Virus record (IMG/VR): IMGVR_UViG_3300048999_000166
Span: 58,430 to 122,429 of that record
Source of the DNA: a virus
Reading direction: 5' to 3' (one strand)
DNA: 64,000 bases
This document shows, in pieces, positions 14,465 through 23,637 of this stretch. How positions within the stretch are numbered: position 1 is the first letter of the stretch; every line of letters starts with the position of its first letter. The position numbers and the translations under genes were made by a program. Below the pieces are notes generated by a model. That model saw only the letters and a program-made list of their open reading frames with translations, was not told where the DNA came from and did not search any database.

Positions 14465-15057
14465 GCGCTCTCCTTCATTGGTTGCTCGGCGGAGCGGAAA
14501 GCCTCCACCAACTCATCGAGGTGCATGGGGGTGAAGTCCCGCACGTCTACCCCGACGTTGACCTGTCGGCCGCTCTTGGCCCACGCGTCGTGGACGTGTC
14601 CGTGGGCCAGCCACAGCCCGTCGTCGCGCAGCCGGTACTGGTTGTAGCGTTCCTGGCTGGTGTGGTCGCCCGCATAGGGGAAGTGGCTGAGCATGATGTT
14701 CTGGTTGCCGTCGAGGCGGCGCCGCGCGTAGGTCTGCACGGAGTCGAAGAACGACATCCACAGCCCGATGTGCTTGTAGGCGTCGCGCTCGCCTGACCAG
14801 CACTTATCGTGGTTGCCCGCGATCAAGTGCTTGCTGCCGTTGCACCGGGAGATCTTCTCTAGGATCCCCATCTCCGAGCCCATCCCGACGTCACCGAGGT
14901 GCCATACCTGATCGTCGTGCTTGACGACCTTGTTCCAGTTCTCGATCAGGGTCTCGTCGTGCTCCTCGATGGTGGCGAACGGCCGCCAACCCTTGCCGGT
15001 GGCCGCCATCGCTCGGTGCCCGAAGTGGCTGTCCGCGGTGAACCAGACGTTGCTCAT
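14461..15057 (-). CDS. Calcineurin-like metallophosphoesterase
   Basis: DSHFGH, LGD, GNHD, HGHVH motifs. Confidence 0.92.
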   Translation of the reverse strand: MSNVWFTADSHFGHRAMAATGKGWRPFATIEEHDETLIENWNKVVKHDDQVWHLGDVGMGSEMGILEKISRCNGSKHLIAGNHDKCWSGERDAYKHIGLWMSFFDSVQTYARRRLDGNQNIMLSHFPYAGDHTSQERYNQYRLRDDGLWLAHGHVHDAWAKSGRQVNVGVDVRDFTPMHLDELVEAFRSAEQPMKESA

Positions 15058-15218
15058 TCGTCGTCCTTCAGACTTTCGAGGAGCTGCTGGTGCTCCTCCT
15101 CAGTGAGGCAACCCGGCCACCGGCACGGGTTGGAACACACGTGGTCGAGCGGCACGAACAGATCGAGTGACTGCGTGCAGTCCCGGTGGCAGCCGCACTC
15201 GTCGCGCTTGTCCTTCAC
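15054..15218 (-). CDS. Small Cys-rich hypothetical protein
   Basis: 54 aa; GTGA/ATGA overlaps on both sides. Confidence 0.5.
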   Translation of the reverse strand: MKDKRDECGCHRDCTQSLDLFVPLDHVCSNPCRWPGCLTEEEHQQLLESLKDDE

Positions 15219-15496
15219 CAGTGCTTGTTGTCGTCGCGCATCTGCTCACCCCCTCGCGGGGCCTGGTACATGTCCGGGATGCCGTCGAACGTGGCGCTCT
15301 CCTCGATCGCGGGCTGGATCGCCACCACACGATCGACCGACAGGAACTCATCGTCGTCATCGTCAGCGAACGTGGTCGGCTCCTCGGCGTAGTGCTGCTC
15401 GTCGAGAGCCTCGGCTGCCTGGCGTCGCTTCCAGTAGATCGCTGCGGCGATCGCTACCGCGAGGAGTACGACGATTCCGATGATGATGACCGTCAT
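15215..15496 (-). CDS. Single-pass membrane protein with acidic tail
   Basis: N-terminal TM followed by KRR, then D/E-rich region. Confidence 0.6.
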   Translation of the reverse strand: MTVIIIGIVVLLAVAIAAAIYWKRRQAAEALDEQHYAEEPTTFADDDDDEFLSVDRVVAIQPAIEESATFDGIPDMYQAPRGGEQMRDDNKHW

Positions 15497-15509
15497 GAGA
15501 CGTCCTTCG

Positions 15510-15719
15510 TCAGGCGCTGAGCGCGTAGGTATTCGGGTTGGCGATGTGCGGTGCACCGTCGGCGTTACACGTGATCCGACCGGACGCGACGTGCTTCCAC
15601 CAGGCGACACCGTCGTTGTTGGATGAGGAGAAGGTGGTAATGACACACCGGCAGTGTCGGCAACGCTGGCGGGGGTGCGGCTGGCCGAGCGCCTCGTTGT
15701 ACTGCGCAGACTTGGACAC
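15510..15719 (-). CDS. Hypothetical protein
   Basis: RBS AAGGAG before GTG 15719. Confidence 0.55.
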   Translation of the reverse strand: MSKSAQYNEALGQPHPRQRCRHCRCVITTFSSSNNDGVAWWKHVASGRITCNADGAPHIANPNTYALSA

Positions 15720-15723
15720 GGGA

Positions 15724-15802
15724 CTCCTTGGCTGGGGGCGTGAGTTGTGAGTATTGAGTGTCTTGCTGCAGTTCGCAACCATCATATCGGTCGTTACATT
15801 CC
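15724..15802 (-). promoter_or_regulatory. ECF promoter GGAAT-N18-GTT, leader motif and start-associated sequence
   Basis: GGAAT 15802-15798, GTT 15779-15777, CAAGACACTCAATACTCAC, then CACGCCCCCAGCCAAGGAG (identical at 30167-30149). Confidence 0.55.
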
Positions 15803-15827
15803 CATGCGGTCGGTAGGGTAGCGCGCC

Positions 15828-16244
15828 ATGGGCAGCAAGAAGTACAAGGGCTGGGACACGAAGCCCAAGCTCGACGAGGCCCGGGTCATCGCTCCCGAGG
15901 CTCCCCCCACTCCCCGCGCCAAGAAGGACCGTCGCCGCTGGTGCAAGGGCAAGGTCGGCGTCGATCACAAGCTGGTCATCCAGAAGAGCAAGAACAGCCA
16001 CTACGCGCGGGTCCGCTGCGGTTGGCAGTGCGAGCACCACTGGATGGCGTTCCTGCACGGGAAGCGTTGGACGGCGACCGGTGAGGCGTTCTGGTCGTGC
16101 CGCCACCAACGCGCCTGTGTCAACTGCGGGAAGATCTTGGAGCACTACGGCGTCGGGCGTGAGTGCCCCGACTGGACGCCGAAGCCCGAGAAGCTGGTCT
16201 GCGACTGCTGGTCGTGCACGCACCGCTACGCCAAACAGACGTAA
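15828..16244 (+). CDS. Hypothetical Cys/His-rich phage protein
   Basis: 138 aa, GC3-rich codons, several CxxC-like pairs. Confidence 0.65.
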   Translation: MGSKKYKGWDTKPKLDEARVIAPEAPPTPRAKKDRRRWCKGKVGVDHKLVIQKSKNSHYARVRCGWQCEHHWMAFLHGKRWTATGEAFWSCRHQRACVNCGKILEHYGVGRECPDWTPKPEKLVCDCWSCTHRYAKQT

Positions 16245-16377
16245 CGAAAACTAAGATGAATCCGAAAGCAACGTAACGGGACCCCGTGCGTCTCGTTAGA
16301 CGTTAGGTCCCAGCCGGAATCAGACCGGATGGGTCGGGCTCTTCCAACCCAGACGTAGACGAGAGGCTTAAAAGATC

Positions 16378-16815
16378 ATGATTCGCAAGCTTTGTACGGC
16401 CGTTGCCACCGCCGCGGTCCTGGTTGGCGGGACCCTGGGCATGGCTGGCGTGGCCAACGCCGCGACTCCGGCCCCCACCAACTTCGGTGGCATCGGTAAC
16501 GGCAACATCGTGTGCTCCCTGACCAGCAACATCCTGAGCGGCAGCAACTGCGGTTCCGGTCGCGGCCACCGGCTCGGCGGGCACTTCCGTGGCGGGCGCT
16601 GGGACGGCGACCAGACCATCATCCTGAACGGCGCTAACTACGGCGTCAGCGACTGCGGCTGCGGCACCGACTCGGTGGTCCTCACCCCGCAGGTGGTGCA
16701 GGTCCCGACCGTCGTGCGGGGCATCGAGACCGGCGACGGTAGCTGCGGCCTGTCCGGCGCCTACTTCGGCCGCCTCGGAGGCCTGCGCGGCATCCACCGT
16801 GGCCTGCACTTCTAA
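16378..16815 (+). CDS. Secreted Gly-rich protein, putative sortase F substrate
   Basis: Signal peptide; C-terminal PTVVRGIETGDGS motif; directly upstream of the sortase. Confidence 0.6.
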   Translation: MIRKLCTAVATAAVLVGGTLGMAGVANAATPAPTNFGGIGNGNIVCSLTSNILSGSNCGSGRGHRLGGHFRGGRWDGDQTIILNGANYGVSDCGCGTDSVVLTPQVVQVPTVVRGIETGDGSCGLSGAYFGRLGGLRGIHRGLHF

Positions 16816-16821
16816 ATAATC

Positions 16822-17724
16822 ATGGACGCAGCCGAGCGTGATCGGGTGCGTCGGAGGCAAGACACTCGACGAAGCCGGGGGTGGTGGGGCATGACGCTCC
16901 ACCGCTTCCGGCTTCATCGTCCCCGGGCCCTGTCGCTGGTCGATACGTCCGGGATGCCCTTCGCTGTTTCACGTAAGGTCGGCCGGCGCTTCGCCTTCGG
17001 TACGGCCCTCGTGATCGCGCTGGTTCTGATCATCTTGCCCCGCGTAGCCCTGACCCCCGCATCAGTACCCACTCCCCCTGACCTCACCTCTCCCGGCGCC
17101 TCGACGGTCAGCATTCCGCTACCGACGCAGTCCCCGGTCGCGCCATCCAGAGTCACTACTGTTCAACCGCCCGTTACCGTCGTGCAAACCGCCACGGTCA
17201 CCGTGCCGGCACCCCCCGAAGCGACCACCGCCTCCGCCGCGACGAGCACCCCGGTGAAGGTCCACCCCGTCGCTATCAGAATCCCCTCGATCCAGGTATC
17301 GTCTCGTGACGTCGTCCCTGTCGGGCGCAACCCCGACAAGAGCATGGCGGTCCCGCCACTGTCCGCGGTGGGAGAGCTGGGCTGGTACAAGTACGCACCC
17401 GTACCGGGCGACATCGGTCCAGCGATCGTGGTGGCTCACGTTGATCAGAATGGTCATCAGGGGCTGTTCGCCAAGCTGAACCAGCTCCAAGCCGGGGAGA
17501 TCGTGGAGATCGACCGCAGCGACGGTCAGACCGCGACCTTCCAGGTGACCCGCAACGAGACGTTCCCCAAGACCCAGTTCCCCGCCTCAATCTTTCACAA
17601 CACTCCTGACTCAGAACTTCACCTGATCACCTGCACCGGCACTGTGGACAAGGTCCATCATCGGTATCTAGATCAGGATGTCGTGAATGCCGTCCTCGTC
17701 TCCATGCGTCCCACCGCTGGCTGA
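16822..17724 (+). CDS. Class F sortase
   Basis: TM + Pro/Thr linker; IRIPSIQV, GWYK..P.PG..G, AHVD, F..L..L..G, EL.LITCTG..Y. Confidence 0.9.
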   Translation: MDAAERDRVRRRQDTRRSRGWWGMTLHRFRLHRPRALSLVDTSGMPFAVSRKVGRRFAFGTALVIALVLIILPRVALTPASVPTPPDLTSPGASTVSIPLPTQSPVAPSRVTTVQPPVTVVQTATVTVPAPPEATTASAATSTPVKVHPVAIRIPSIQVSSRDVVPVGRNPDKSMAVPPLSAVGELGWYKYAPVPGDIGPAIVVAHVDQNGHQGLFAKLNQLQAGEIVEIDRSDGQTATFQVTRNETFPKTQFPASIFHNTPDSELHLITCTGTVDKVHHRYLDQDVVNAVLVSMRPTAG

Positions 17725-17959
17725 CTGGTACCACACCGATGAGGCATATGACCCCATCGTCGAGTTCTTGCGCGCCGATCTGAAGCGAGCACGGTGGATG
17801 CTGCAGCAGCACATCCCCGACCACTGCGGCTGGTGCTATCACCAGGGCGCCTTCGAGCAGTACCGCTGGCCCTGCCAGCTGTTTCAGTGCGCGCACGACG
17901 CCATGATGTCGGCACTTCCCCCCGCTCGGGACTTCCTCAAGAGAGTGAGTGGCACATGA
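17687..17959 (+). CDS. Hypothetical protein (start uncertain)
   Basis: H..CxxC...WPC motif; ATGA overlap with the next ORF. Confidence 0.45.
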   Translation: MPSSSPCVPPLADWYHTDEAYDPIVEFLRADLKRARWMLQQHIPDHCGWCYHQGAFEQYRWPCQLFQCAHDAMMSALPPARDFLKRVSGT

Positions 17960-18327
17960 ACCATCACCCACCGCCGCCGCCTCCGCATCACCCCCCGGAA
18001 CCACCGAGTTGGAATCCCTTCACGAACATCAATCACCGGCTTTCGGCGATTGAGGAGAAGCTCACCCAGATTGGAGTCTCGATGGCCACCCAGGCCGATG
18101 TTGATGCTCTTACCCAGGCCGTTTCCGACCTGACCGCCAAGGTGACTGCCGACGACAGCCAGCTCCAGGCTGGGGTCGCGGCGGTCCAGGCGTGGATCGC
18201 TAACCAGCCGGCTGATGTGGATGTCAGCGGGCTGCAGGACGCGGTCAGCCAGCTCTCCGCTGGCGTGGACGCGGTCGGCGCGGACGCCGCGAACGTGGCG
18301 AACCTCGTACCGCCGGCCACGAGCTGA
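17956..18327 (+). CDS. Hypothetical coiled-coil protein with His/Pro-rich N-terminus
   Basis: GC3-rich heptad-like region. Confidence 0.6.
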   Translation: MNHHPPPPPPHHPPEPPSWNPFTNINHRLSAIEEKLTQIGVSMATQADVDALTQAVSDLTAKVTADDSQLQAGVAAVQAWIANQPADVDVSGLQDAVSQLSAGVDAVGADAANVANLVPPATS

Positions 18328-18407
18328 AGTTAGTTTCATGATGGACCGCCAGCCGGTCGGGTTCTGTGGTGGTACCCGGCCGGCTGGCCCCTTCTACGGG
18401 GAGCGCC

Positions 18408-19361
18408 GTGGCTGATCTCGTGCAGGGTGTCGATGTCAGCAAGTGGCAGGGCGCGGTCAACTGGACCTCGGTCAAGGCCGCCGGCAAGGCGTTCACTTAT
18501 GTCAAGGTCAGCGACGGAACCTCCTCGTCCTACTCGACCGCCGCCGCCCAGTTTCATGAGGCAACAGCCGCGGGACTGGTCACCGGTGCCTACCACTACG
18601 CGCAGACCAGCTACTCGGCCGAGGCCAACGCCGATGCCTTCGCCTCGCAGATCAATGCCCTCGGAGCGATCGTCGGACACTTGCCCCCGTGCCTTGACTT
18701 AGAGGCCGGCAGTGGATCGCTCGGAGTCTGGGCCAACACCTTCTTCAGCGAGCTTCGCCGGTTGACCGGCGTGACGAGGGTGATGCTCTACTCCGGCGTC
18801 TCGTTCTTCACCCACCAGATCACCGAGACTTGGATGGATGACGACGTACTGCTCTGGCTGGCCCACTACGGGGTGCCGGCGGGACAGCCGGGCTACTCCA
18901 GCCCGCGACTGGTGATGCACCAGTACTCGCAGAGCGGACAGGTCTCCGGAGTCGCCGGAGCGGTCGACCTCGATGTCGCGCTGCGGCCGCTCGATCAACT
19001 GACGGGAGACGACCCTATGGCCGGCTTGACCCCGGATCAGGACGCGAAGCTCACCGCCGCCTACCAGTTCATCACCGGGAGCGCTGACGTCGTGCCGCAA
19101 GGCGAGGACTGGCCGGGCTGGCCTACGTGGCCGGGCGGGACGGATGAGCACCTCACGGCGACTGACTACCAGCGCCGCACCAACGTCCAGCTCAACGCGC
19201 TCGCCTCGGCGGTCGCGGAGCTGGCGAACCAGACTTCGATGCTGTCGAAGCGCACCAGCACGCCACCGCCGCACCTGACCAACACGGACATCAACCGTAT
19301 CGCGGCGGCCGTTGTCTCGTTACAAGAATCGAAAGAGTCCCCAGCTAAGGAGCCTGAATGA
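18408..19361 (+). CDS. Endolysin, GH25 muramidase
   Basis: GVDVSKWQG, YVKVSDG, GAYHY, LDLE, LWLAHY, HQYS..G.V.GV.G.VDLD; RBS GGGGAG before GTG 18408. Confidence 0.92.
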   Translation: MADLVQGVDVSKWQGAVNWTSVKAAGKAFTYVKVSDGTSSSYSTAAAQFHEATAAGLVTGAYHYAQTSYSAEANADAFASQINALGAIVGHLPPCLDLEAGSGSLGVWANTFFSELRRLTGVTRVMLYSGVSFFTHQITETWMDDDVLLWLAHYGVPAGQPGYSSPRLVMHQYSQSGQVSGVAGAVDLDVALRPLDQLTGDDPMAGLTPDQDAKLTAAYQFITGSADVVPQGEDWPGWPTWPGGTDEHLTATDYQRRTNVQLNALASAVAELANQTSMLSKRTSTPPPHLTNTDINRIAAAVVSLQESKESPAKEPE

Positions 19362-19741
19362 ACACTATCCTCGCCTACCTCGGGCGTGAACCAGTCAAGA
19401 TCGGAGCCCTGATCGCCGCCATTCTCGGCCTCGTGTCCGGGCTCGGGCTCGACGTCTCGGTCGACCAGCAGGGTCTGATCAACGGAGCGGTGGTTCTGAT
19501 CATCGGCTTCATCAACACGCTCGTGGTCTCCGAGGAGAGGGCGCTCCCGCTGATCTCCGGAGTCGTGCAGGCGACGCTCTCGGTCGCGCTGAGCTTCGGA
19601 CTCCTGCTCTCCCCGCAGGTGCAGGCTTCGATCATGACCTTCGTGGTCGCTCTGGTGGCAATGTGGCAGCGCACCCAGGTCACCGCTCCGGTGCCGGCTG
19701 AGATGGTCTCCAGCCGCGGCTCCCACGCACTGCTCGACTAA
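19358..19741 (+). CDS. Holin
   Basis: ATGA overlap with the lysin; EPV motif and multiple TM segments typical of actinophage holins. Confidence 0.8.
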   Translation: MNTILAYLGREPVKIGALIAAILGLVSGLGLDVSVDQQGLINGAVVLIIGFINTLVVSEERALPLISGVVQATLSVALSFGLLLSPQVQASIMTFVVALVAMWQRTQVTAPVPAEMVSSRGSHALLD

Positions 19742-19763
19742 CTGAAACGAAGATGACACCCGG

Positions 19764-19797
19764 CCCCCGCTCCGAAATCGGAGCGGGGGTTTCTTCT
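19764..19797 (+). terminator. Intrinsic terminator after the holin
   Basis: CCCCCGCTCCG-AAAT-CGGAGCGGGGG followed by TTTCTTCT. Confidence 0.85.
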
Positions 19798-19814
19798 GCC
19801 CAAAGGAGATTTCG

Positions 19815-19961
19815 ATGGTTATTTTGATCTTGGTCATCATCGCGTTGCTGTTGGCGATCTTCAGCCTGGTCCCGTTCGCTAACAACTGGCCGCTGCTCGC
19901 GGTCGCGGTCATCCTGCTGTCGGTGGCGATGCTGGCCGGCAGCGCGGGAGTGTTCCACTGA
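19815..19961 (+). CDS. Small two-TM protein
   Basis: 48 aa, RBS AAGGAG, almost entirely hydrophobic; not in the ORF track. Confidence 0.6.
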   Translation: MVILILVIIALLLAIFSLVPFANNWPLLAVAVILLSVAMLAGSAGVFH

Positions 19962-20031
19962 TCGCGTTGCGTGTGAGCTAGCTGCCCCAGCTCGGCCCAG
20001 TTTCAAAGCTCGTGAACGGGGGTAGCTAGCT

Positions 20032-20364
20032 TTGTTTCCCGACTTGTTCCGTCAGGCGGCCACGACCGGCACTGACAATGGGATCGATCTGTCCCAGCCT
20101 TTGGTGCAGTACGGTGCGGTAGGAGTCCTGGCAACAGCGGCGATGTTCTGGGCATGGACCCTCTACAAGCAAGCGCAGGACAACATGAAGCGCGAACGAG
20201 ATCGAGCCGATCGACTCGAAGCTGAGATCGCCAAGCTCAACGCCGACATCCACGGGAAGTACATTCCCGTGTTGACCCGTGTCACCGACGTGCTGCAGGA
20301 CTTCCTCTGGAACGCCCGCGATGATGGCCGTGGCCACCATCCCAGCGGTCGGGGCCGCACATGA
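20032..20364 (+). CDS. Membrane/coiled-coil protein (lysis-cassette associated)
   Basis: One TM (QYGAVGVLA) then coiled coil. Confidence 0.6.
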   Translation: MFPDLFRQAATTGTDNGIDLSQPLVQYGAVGVLATAAMFWAWTLYKQAQDNMKRERDRADRLEAEIAKLNADIHGKYIPVLTRVTDVLQDFLWNARDDGRGHHPSGRGRT

Positions 20365-20522
20365 GCCCACTCCACCGACGGAACCACAGCGTAGACAAAA
20401 TCATCTTGGACTCCGAGGAGCTGCGCGCCCAGCTGGTAGCTACCGTGGAGCAGCTGGAGTTGTTCGTGGCCGAGTTCGCCAAGGAGCTTGAAGAAGGCCA
20501 CGTGGGGGAGGACGACGAGTGA
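20361..20522 (+). CDS. Small acidic hypothetical protein
   Basis: ATGA and GTGA overlaps on both sides. Confidence 0.5.
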   Translation: MSPLHRRNHSVDKIILDSEELRAQLVATVEQLELFVAEFAKELEEGHVGEDDE

Positions 20523-20977
20523 GCCAAGATGAACACGAGGGCCCGGCACGCGAACAGGGAGAGGCCGGTGCGCGCGGTGCAGCCGCGCTGGTCACCCCCC
20601 TGATCGAGGCGATCGGGGCACTACGCGTTGCCATCGAAGGCCTGGAGGCTCGGGCCGATCGAGCGCGACGCAACATCACCGGCATCGTGATCGCGGTCAT
20701 TATCGACGTGATCTTCACGGCCTGCATCACGATCGTGTACATCGGACAGGAGCAAACCGCTGCTCAGGTGGCGGATACGCGCAACGAGATCTTGTGTCCG
20801 CTGTACGCAAGCTGGCTCGGGACCTACAACCCGAACACCCGCGCGCCGGGACTTGATCGTGCCACCTACGAGAACGTGTTCGGCCAGATGCGCGTCCAGT
20901 ACCAGCACCTGAGCTGCACCACTCCGCTCGTACCCAAGCCGACTCCGACGACGCCGAGTGCACCACCGTCGAAGTAG
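20519..20977 (+). CDS. Membrane protein
   Basis: Coiled coil, TM, periplasmic-type Cys pair. Confidence 0.65.
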   Translation: MSQDEHEGPAREQGEAGARGAAALVTPLIEAIGALRVAIEGLEARADRARRNITGIVIAVIIDVIFTACITIVYIGQEQTAAQVADTRNEILCPLYASWLGTYNPNTRAPGLDRATYENVFGQMRVQYQHLSCTTPLVPKPTPTTPSAPPSK

Positions 20978-20993
20978 CGCCCTGGGAGGCCTC

Positions 20994-21971
20994 ATGCAGC
21001 GACCCGCCTGGTTACCCTGGCCGCACTCGCCGGGCACCTCGCTCGGGGTATTCCTCACTCTCGGTGTGGTCGCGGTCGGCCTGATCACCTGGGTGGGGGT
21101 GTCGGCCTCGCATCGCCAAGCGTCGCAGACCTCCGCCGCGGTGGCGCAAGGCCAAGGACTGGCTGACCCCATCCTGCAGCTGTGCGGCCAGGGTGGGGAC
21201 GTCGCGTTGCGGCTACAAGGCGCGGGGCTCTGCGATGCGGCGCAGAACGTAAAGGCCGATCCGGTAGCTCCGCCCGCCGCGTTGTCGGGTCCGCAAGTCC
21301 AGACCATGATCGATAACGCGGTACGCAACCGAGCCGCGGCGCTCCCGCCTCCGAGCACCGCGCCCGCGACTCCGGCACCCACCCCTCAGCAGATCCAGGA
21401 CATGATCAATAACTCCATCGATAGCCGTCGTCCGCCAGCGCAGGCGGCGGCACCCAGCCCGCGACAGCAGCCGGCGCCTCCGCCGTACTACCCGCCTCCG
21501 GCACCGCAGTACCAACAGCCCGCGTACCAGCAGCCGCCGCAATACCAGCAGCCGCAGTACCCGAACTACCCGCCGACTCGGGGCTACCCGTCGGGCGGTG
21601 GTTGGCCCTCAGACGGTGGTACGCGTCCACCGGGCGGTCGCCCTCCCCGTGGTGGCGGTGGAGGCCAGTGGCCGCCCGTGGGCGGCTCAGGCGGCGGCGA
21701 GTGGCCGCCTCGTGGCGGTGGTGGATACCCGGGCCAGCCGCCGTATCAGTATTCGAGCGGGTACCCGGGCGGCTACGGCGGCGCAGGTTATCCGTACCCG
21801 GGCTACCCGTCGTACCCGAGCTACCCACAGCAGCCCTACCCGTATCCGGCGCAGCAGCCGACCTACCCGAGCTATCCACAACCGCGTCCACAGCCTGTGG
21901 AACGGGGAGGCGGTGGCCGGCAGTCCGACGGCGGAGGACTAATCGGGCAGCTCGGCCTGCACGTCGGCTAG
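20994..21971 (+). CDS. Membrane-anchored Pro/Gly/Tyr/Gln-rich protein
   Basis: RBS GGAGG, TM, LC...C motif, long low-complexity YP/GG tail. Confidence 0.6.
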   Translation: MQRPAWLPWPHSPGTSLGVFLTLGVVAVGLITWVGVSASHRQASQTSAAVAQGQGLADPILQLCGQGGDVALRLQGAGLCDAAQNVKADPVAPPAALSGPQVQTMIDNAVRNRAAALPPPSTAPATPAPTPQQIQDMINNSIDSRRPPAQAAAPSPRQQPAPPPYYPPPAPQYQQPAYQQPPQYQQPQYPNYPPTRGYPSGGGWPSDGGTRPPGGRPPRGGGGGQWPPVGGSGGGEWPPRGGGGYPGQPPYQYSSGYPGGYGGAGYPYPGYPSYPSYPQQPYPYPAQQPTYPSYPQPRPQPVERGGGGRQSDGGGLIGQLGLHVG

Positions 21972-22175
21972 CGGCGGCTCGACGAACATCGGCATCAGAC
22001 CGTCGCTCGGTGCCACCTTGGTCACTTCGGTCCAGCCGCTCGCGGTCCCGCGGTTGTTGAAGGTGCGGGTGCTGTTGTCAGCGAACCGGTAGACCCTTGT
22101 TCGATTGCCGTTGAACATCGCGTCCGAGTACTCGTCGACGCGCACGTGATCCTGGGGTAGGTCGGACAGCCACAC
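21939..22175 (-). CDS. Hypothetical protein
   Basis: RBS AGGAG before GTG 22175. Confidence 0.45.
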   Translation of the reverse strand: MWLSDLPQDHVRVDEYSDAMFNGNRTRVYRFADNSTRTFNNRGTASGWTEVTKVAPSDGLMPMFVEPPLADVQAELPD

Positions 22176-22546
22176 GGCGTCTCCTACTGTCTCGGGGGGC
22201 GGGGTGCGAGTGCTGCATCTCGATCGAGTCGATGGTCTGTGGCGTCCGTTGGCACACCAGGCGCCCGAACCAGATCGAGTTCGGATGGTAGTTGCGTCGG
22301 TGCTCCCACGAGGCCTTGCACATGAGCGAGTAGCTGTGGAAGTTGCCGGAACGCGCACCGCAGCCTGGGTAGGAGCACCGCCAGTCCCAATTGAGGGCCA
22401 TGGGTCCTCCGTCCCAGCGCGTAGCGGCGCAGATCGCAGCCGTCGCAGTTCTCGTCCGGCGGGCAGCGGCGCCACCTCATCACGGGACTCACCTTACTTG
22501 TTGCGCCATGCCCAGCAGAAGAACACCACGAGGGCCAGCACGGTGA

Positions 22547-22741
22547 TCACAGCGGTGGCGTGAATCCGGACACCCAGCCTTCACCGTCGCAGTTTGGACA
22601 CGGGGTGTCCTGGCAGCCGTTCCCGAAGCGGTCGGGGTCGGCCATCGCCTGTTCCAGCGGCAGCCCCCCGCAGTACACCGCCATTCGGTAGGTGTGCACG
22701 TGCCGCAGCCCGTTACAGTCCGCACACCGGCTGCGTGTCAC
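22547..22741 (-). CDS. Small Zn-finger-like protein
   Basis: CxxC pairs; coupled to the upstream ORF. Confidence 0.55.
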   Translation of the reverse strand: MTRSRCADCNGLRHVHTYRMAVYCGGLPLEQAMADPDRFGNGCQDTPCPNCDGEGWVSGFTPPL

Positions 22742-22938
22742 GGCAGCCCGTGGCCGTCGTCGTAGCAGGCCAGCACGAACCCGTACTTCTGCTCACCGCT
22801 GAAGGAGTCGTGGACGTAGGGCATCGGCTCGACGCCCTCGATCGCCAGATAGCGGTCGTAGCCGTTGCCGTGGTAGACGAACACCTCCGCGCGGGGATCG
22901 TAGGTGTTCAGCAGCGCCTGCAGCTCCGCGACGTTCAT
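22738..22938 (-). CDS. Hypothetical protein
   Basis: ATGA overlap; MNVAELQALL. Confidence 0.6.
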   Translation of the reverse strand: MNVAELQALLNTYDPRAEVFVYHGNGYDRYLAIEGVEPMPYVHDSFSGEQKYGFVLACYDDGHGLP

Positions 22939-23426
22939 CGAATGTCGTGGAGCTGCAGGGCGAGCCGCTCGCACTCGGCGCGCACGTAGGTCAGTGTCTT
23001 GTAGGTCGCCCCGGTGCGCGCGTAGAGGTCCCACATCTCCGGCGCGTGGGTCCGGTAGGCCGGCATGATGTCGTTGTAGTGACCGCAATCCCAGCCGAAC
23101 CACCAGACATCGCCCGGCTGTCCGGGCTCCGGCACGTGGCAGACCGCGTGCTCGATCGGTCCATCGTCGTTGCAGCTCGCCGCGAAGGTCAGCCCACCGT
23201 GCACGGACACGTCCGCCTCTTCGTAGCCTTCGCCGTGCAGCGGATGGCCGGGGTCCACCGCGACATAGCCGCACCAGCTTCCCTGCCACGGGTTGGCCCG
23301 CACCGCCAAGCACGGCATGCCGGTCACCGCGTCGGTCCAGCTGACCTTGTCGGGCTCACCATCCCAGGGCCCCGGTCCCCAGCCGGTGCGGTCCATCTCC
23401 GGGTTGATGTAGGTCTTCTCAGTCAT
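22935..23426 (-). CDS. Conserved phage hypothetical protein
   Basis: GPW..EPD, WCGYVAV..GHP, VHGGLTF, WWFGWDCGH pattern common in phages. Confidence 0.75.
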   Translation of the reverse strand: MTEKTYINPEMDRTGWGPGPWDGEPDKVSWTDAVTGMPCLAVRANPWQGSWCGYVAVDPGHPLHGEGYEEADVSVHGGLTFAASCNDDGPIEHAVCHVPEPGQPGDVWWFGWDCGHYNDIMPAYRTHAPEMWDLYARTGATYKTLTYVRAECERLALQLHDIR

Positions 23427-23637
23427 GGTCCCTCGCATGAAATTCGCGGTGCACGGGCCGCAGCGACCCGAGCACCATCGCGCCGCAGAGGCGGCACGGC
23501 CAAAGGTTGAGTTCTTGTTCGAGGATCTCCAGGCCGAGGGCTTCCCGGATCTCACGCTCCTCGTCGGTCTCGATCTTGTTCGGGACCTTGACCGTCAGGA
23601 ACCAGTAGAAGGTCTCGTCGCACACCCGTAGTGCCAT
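23419..23637 (-). CDS. Hypothetical protein
   Basis: Coupled ORF; C-terminal CxxC..H..H. Confidence 0.55.
   Translation of the reverse strand: MALRVCDETFYWFLTVKVPNKIETDEEREIREALGLEILEQELNLWPCRLCGAMVLGSLRPVHREFHARDHD

Noticed and set aside
21420-21940. Tandem YP/GG/QP repeats as a special repeat element
   Set aside because: Low-complexity coding sequence of one Pro/Gly-rich protein, with no fixed period
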